Source: Victivallaceae bacterium (GTDB lineage: Bacteria; Verrucomicrobiota; Lentisphaeria; Victivallales; Victivallaceae). From it: a stretch of DNA of 64,000 nucleotides. Location: NCBI GenBank assembly GCA_016292515.1, contig JAEDIJ010000006.1, positions 295 through 64,294 of the forward strand. Reading direction: 5' to 3'. The translations under genes were made by a program, and so were the position numbers. A model generated the notes under the pieces. The model was not told the origin of the DNA. It saw only the letters and a program-made list of their open reading frames with translations, and ran no database searches. Of this stretch, positions 61,599 through 64,000 are shown in pieces; position 1 is the first letter of the stretch; every line of letters starts with the position of its first letter.

Positions 61599-62894
61599 AT
61601 GAAAAAATTGATACAGGCATTGGGGAAATGCGCTGTCGTCGGCGTTGTCGGGACAGCCTCCGTTACCGCCGGAGAAAATTGGCGGAATTGGACGCGGGAG
61701 GAACTCTTTGCCATTCCGGAGATCCGGAGCGATGCCGGCTTTGAGCAATACCGTGTGCAAAATGCGGAATCCTTTCTTATCGAAGGACTTCCGACTGAGG
61801 ACGGACGCAAGACGTTTGCTTACGGTTATCTCACCAAGCCCTCCGGCGAACCGCCCCGCGAGGGATGGCCCGCCGTGGTGCTGTATCACGGCGGCGGCGG
61901 TACGGCTTTCGCCGAATACGCCAAAGCGTGGAGCCGCCGCGGATACGTCGCGATCACCGTCGATCATTACGGTCAGTTGCCGGATACGTCGGTGCGTCGT
62001 CCCGATCGTCCGGTGTTGCCCCTGTCCTGGGCGGGGATGGCGCCGCGGCCTTTTCTCACCGAAGCCAGTGAAAATTTCGACGCTGAAATGCGTTGTCTCT
62101 GGATCCGCAACGCGGTCGCGCTTTTGGCGCATTGCCACACTTATTTGCTCCAATTGCCGTATGTAGACCCCCGCAGAACCGGCTTGCTCGGCATTTCGTG
62201 GGGGAGCGTGATGGGGAGCATCCTCTGCTCGCTCGACCGGCGTTTCGCCTTTGCGGTCTTTTGCTACGGTTGCGGATATTTCGGGGAGGGCGAAGATATG
62301 CGGCGTTTCCACAAGTTTGCAGGCGCACCGTGGGAACCGGAAAACTTCATCCCAGAATTGCAGACGCCGTGCTACTGGATCATCGGGACGAACGATATGG
62401 CGTTTGAACTTCCCTGCTGGCAAAAAAGCGTCGATAATGCTCCCGGTACGCGGGGAATGTCCATCGTTCCCGGCATCGACCACGCGCACACCGGGTGGCT
62501 GTACGGTATGACCTTCCGTTTCGCCGACAGTCAGACCGGAAAAAATTGCGCGCCGCCGAGGCTCGGCAAAAACGTGATCGACGGCGACGCCGTTTCGGCG
62601 GAGATTTTGGAGCAGGGGGAGGGGATCAAACGTGCGGAACTTTGCTATACGTTGGAGTCTGATATAACTTCCTCGTGTCAATGGCATACCGCGCCCGCGA
62701 CGGTTGAGGGCGGTCGCGTTTGCGCCCGGCTTCCGCAGGGCGCGCAGACGTTTTTCCTCAACGCTTACGACCGGACGGAGCCGCGCGAATGGAAGTGGTC
62801 GGACGAGGAAAAAAATCATCTGCCGAACTACGATCAGACCTATTCCGGCAATGAATTGTGGCCCGCGAGTTCCCCCTACACGAAATTGAAATAA
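61599..62894 (+). CDS. secreted alpha/beta hydrolase (acetyl-xylan-esterase / dienelactone-hydrolase-like)
   Basis: Signal-like N-terminus, VVLYHGGGGTA oxyanion region, GISWGS nucleophile elbow and later Asp and His (GIDHAH). Confidence 0.6.
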   Translation: MKKLIQALGKCAVVGVVGTASVTAGENWRNWTREELFAIPEIRSDAGFEQYRVQNAESFLIEGLPTEDGRKTFAYGYLTKPSGEPPREGWPAVVLYHGGGGTAFAEYAKAWSRRGYVAITVDHYGQLPDTSVRRPDRPVLPLSWAGMAPRPFLTEASENFDAEMRCLWIRNAVALLAHCHTYLLQLPYVDPRRTGLLGISWGSVMGSILCSLDRRFAFAVFCYGCGYFGEGEDMRRFHKFAGAPWEPENFIPELQTPCYWIIGTNDMAFELPCWQKSVDNAPGTRGMSIVPGIDHAHTGWLYGMTFRFADSQTGKNCAPPRLGKNVIDGDAVSAEILEQGEGIKRAELCYTLESDITSSCQWHTAPATVEGGRVCARLPQGAQTFFLNAYDRTEPREWKWSDEEKNHLPNYDQTYSGNELWPASSPYTKLK

Positions 62895-63054
62895 AGCAAA
62901 GCCGCCTTTCGCGTTTCGGCTTGTCGGTTGAGCAAAAACCGCAAGAATTGTTCCCTTTTCGCAATTTTTGCTTTTGGTTTTCTGAAAAATTTGCGATATA
63001 TTATTTCCCGTAGTCCGCAATTACAAGTGTCCGGCAAGGGAGATTTTTATAACG

Positions 63055-63939
63055 ATGGCTTCCGGTAAACCCGATTTACTGCCGCTTATGGCGACGCCGA
63101 TTTGCCGTCTCATCGCGACGGGATTGCCGCTGCCGGAAAAAATCCGGGTATCGTCCCCCGGCAGAAGTCATTCGCATCCGATGCGGGAAATTTTCTTTCA
63201 ATTGCAGGGCGAAGTCCGCTATATGCTCGACGGCAACTATTATCGCATCAAAGCGGGCGACGCCGTTTTTATCGACTCCCGGCAGGAACACGGCATTTAC
63301 TTTTTTTCGGAGGAACGCAACGTCCGGCAATTGTGGATCTGGTTGGAACGCAAAGAGATACGGACGGTCGTGATCTCTTTGGATGACCGGGGCGAGATCG
63401 GCTACGATTTCTTTTACACCGGCGGCGTTTCTCCTGTCCTCCAAGCGTTGCAAAGCAACTGGGACGCCGTTTCTTCGGGCGAGATCAGAAGTCCATTATG
63501 GCAAAAGTACACGTTGCAGGCGTCGCTCGAACTGCTTTTGTGTGACGTCGCGCGCTCGATGATGAATGAGGAATTTTTTCAGTCGTACAAGCAGAATGAA
63601 AACGTCATCGAGTTTCTGAAAAACTACATCGACGGCAATCACGGTTGCAATTGCTCCCTTGCCCGGCTGGAAAAACTGACCGGGTATTCCCGCTATCATT
63701 TGAGTCATCTCTACCGCGATTGTTGCGGCAAGACGATCGGAAATGCCGTAAACGAAGCGAGGATGCGCTATCTGGTGCGGGAAAATTGGAGCGTCGGCGC
63801 CAAGGAGGTCGCGGAAAAACTCGGTTTCGCCTCGGTGGCGACTTTCCGGCGGTGGAAGCGGCTCAACCGCGAGTTGGAAATGGTCATCCGGCATCAGCAG
63901 CACTCCGCCGAATCCGAAGCGAAAGAAAAGGAAAATTGA
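63055..63939 (+). CDS. AraC-family transcriptional regulator with an N-terminal cupin domain
   Basis: Cupin-like HPMREIFFQLQGE...GDAVFIDSRQEH. C-terminal double HTH (LARLEKLTGYSRYHLSHLYR, VAEKLGFASVATFRRWKR). Confidence 0.88.
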   Translation: MASGKPDLLPLMATPICRLIATGLPLPEKIRVSSPGRSHSHPMREIFFQLQGEVRYMLDGNYYRIKAGDAVFIDSRQEHGIYFFSEERNVRQLWIWLERKEIRTVVISLDDRGEIGYDFFYTGGVSPVLQALQSNWDAVSSGEIRSPLWQKYTLQASLELLLCDVARSMMNEEFFQSYKQNENVIEFLKNYIDGNHGCNCSLARLEKLTGYSRYHLSHLYRDCCGKTIGNAVNEARMRYLVRENWSVGAKEVAEKLGFASVATFRRWKRLNRELEMVIRHQQHSAESEAKEKEN

Positions 63940-64000
63940 TGTTTTCCCCAAGTTTTTCATGGATCCAAGAAACTGGTTGAAAATCGTTTTTGCCGGGGTG

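Overview
GC-rich bacterial chromosomal window with strong GC3 bias. I call about 59 protein genes, 2 tRNAs and an SRP RNA. The content is almost entirely core housekeeping: mraZ, rpsT, feoAB, nagB, nifS, rseP, ispG, nfo, asd, ligA, mfd, rpoD, dnaX, rph, accD, cysS, pilT x2, thiL, tsaE, lpxC-fabZ-ftsA-ftsZ and miaA. I see no transposase, integrase, CRISPR array, reverse transcriptase or recognisable defence cassette. Several features suggest a PVC-superphylum, Lentisphaerota/Victivallales-like organism: an H-X9-DG domain, a small basic protein, a divergent FtsZ and a Lys/Ala/Pro-rich sigma-70 N-terminus. This is inference and cannot be verified here. Caveats on the ORF track: it allows alternative start codons, so many listed starts are too far upstream. 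It omits ORFs that run off the window edge (the real minus-strand gene at 1-2368) and ORFs under 60 aa (a 51-aa small basic protein at 36294-36449). It also lists many long Arg-rich antisense shadow ORFs. The most unusual signal is non-coding. At five intergenic loci (about 7.2, 24.2, 35.9, 46.4 and 60.7 kb), all downstream of convergent genes or tRNAs, there is a dispersed family of imperfectly palindromic mosaic elements. They share conserved arm modules but carry locus-specific short tandem words. One copy is bounded by 34-bp terminal inverted repeats. Secondary candidates are listed in the findings: a roughly 235-nt attenuator-like leader before a Na+/solute symporter, a recurring CAATCCGGATTG palindrome in two promoter regions, a lower-GC non-coding island with a tRNA-type promoter, a trio of CBM-like secreted paralogs, a tandem FabZ with a degenerate second domain, and an orphan mraZ with phased TGGA boxes. 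All coordinates were derived by hand and may be off by a few nt.
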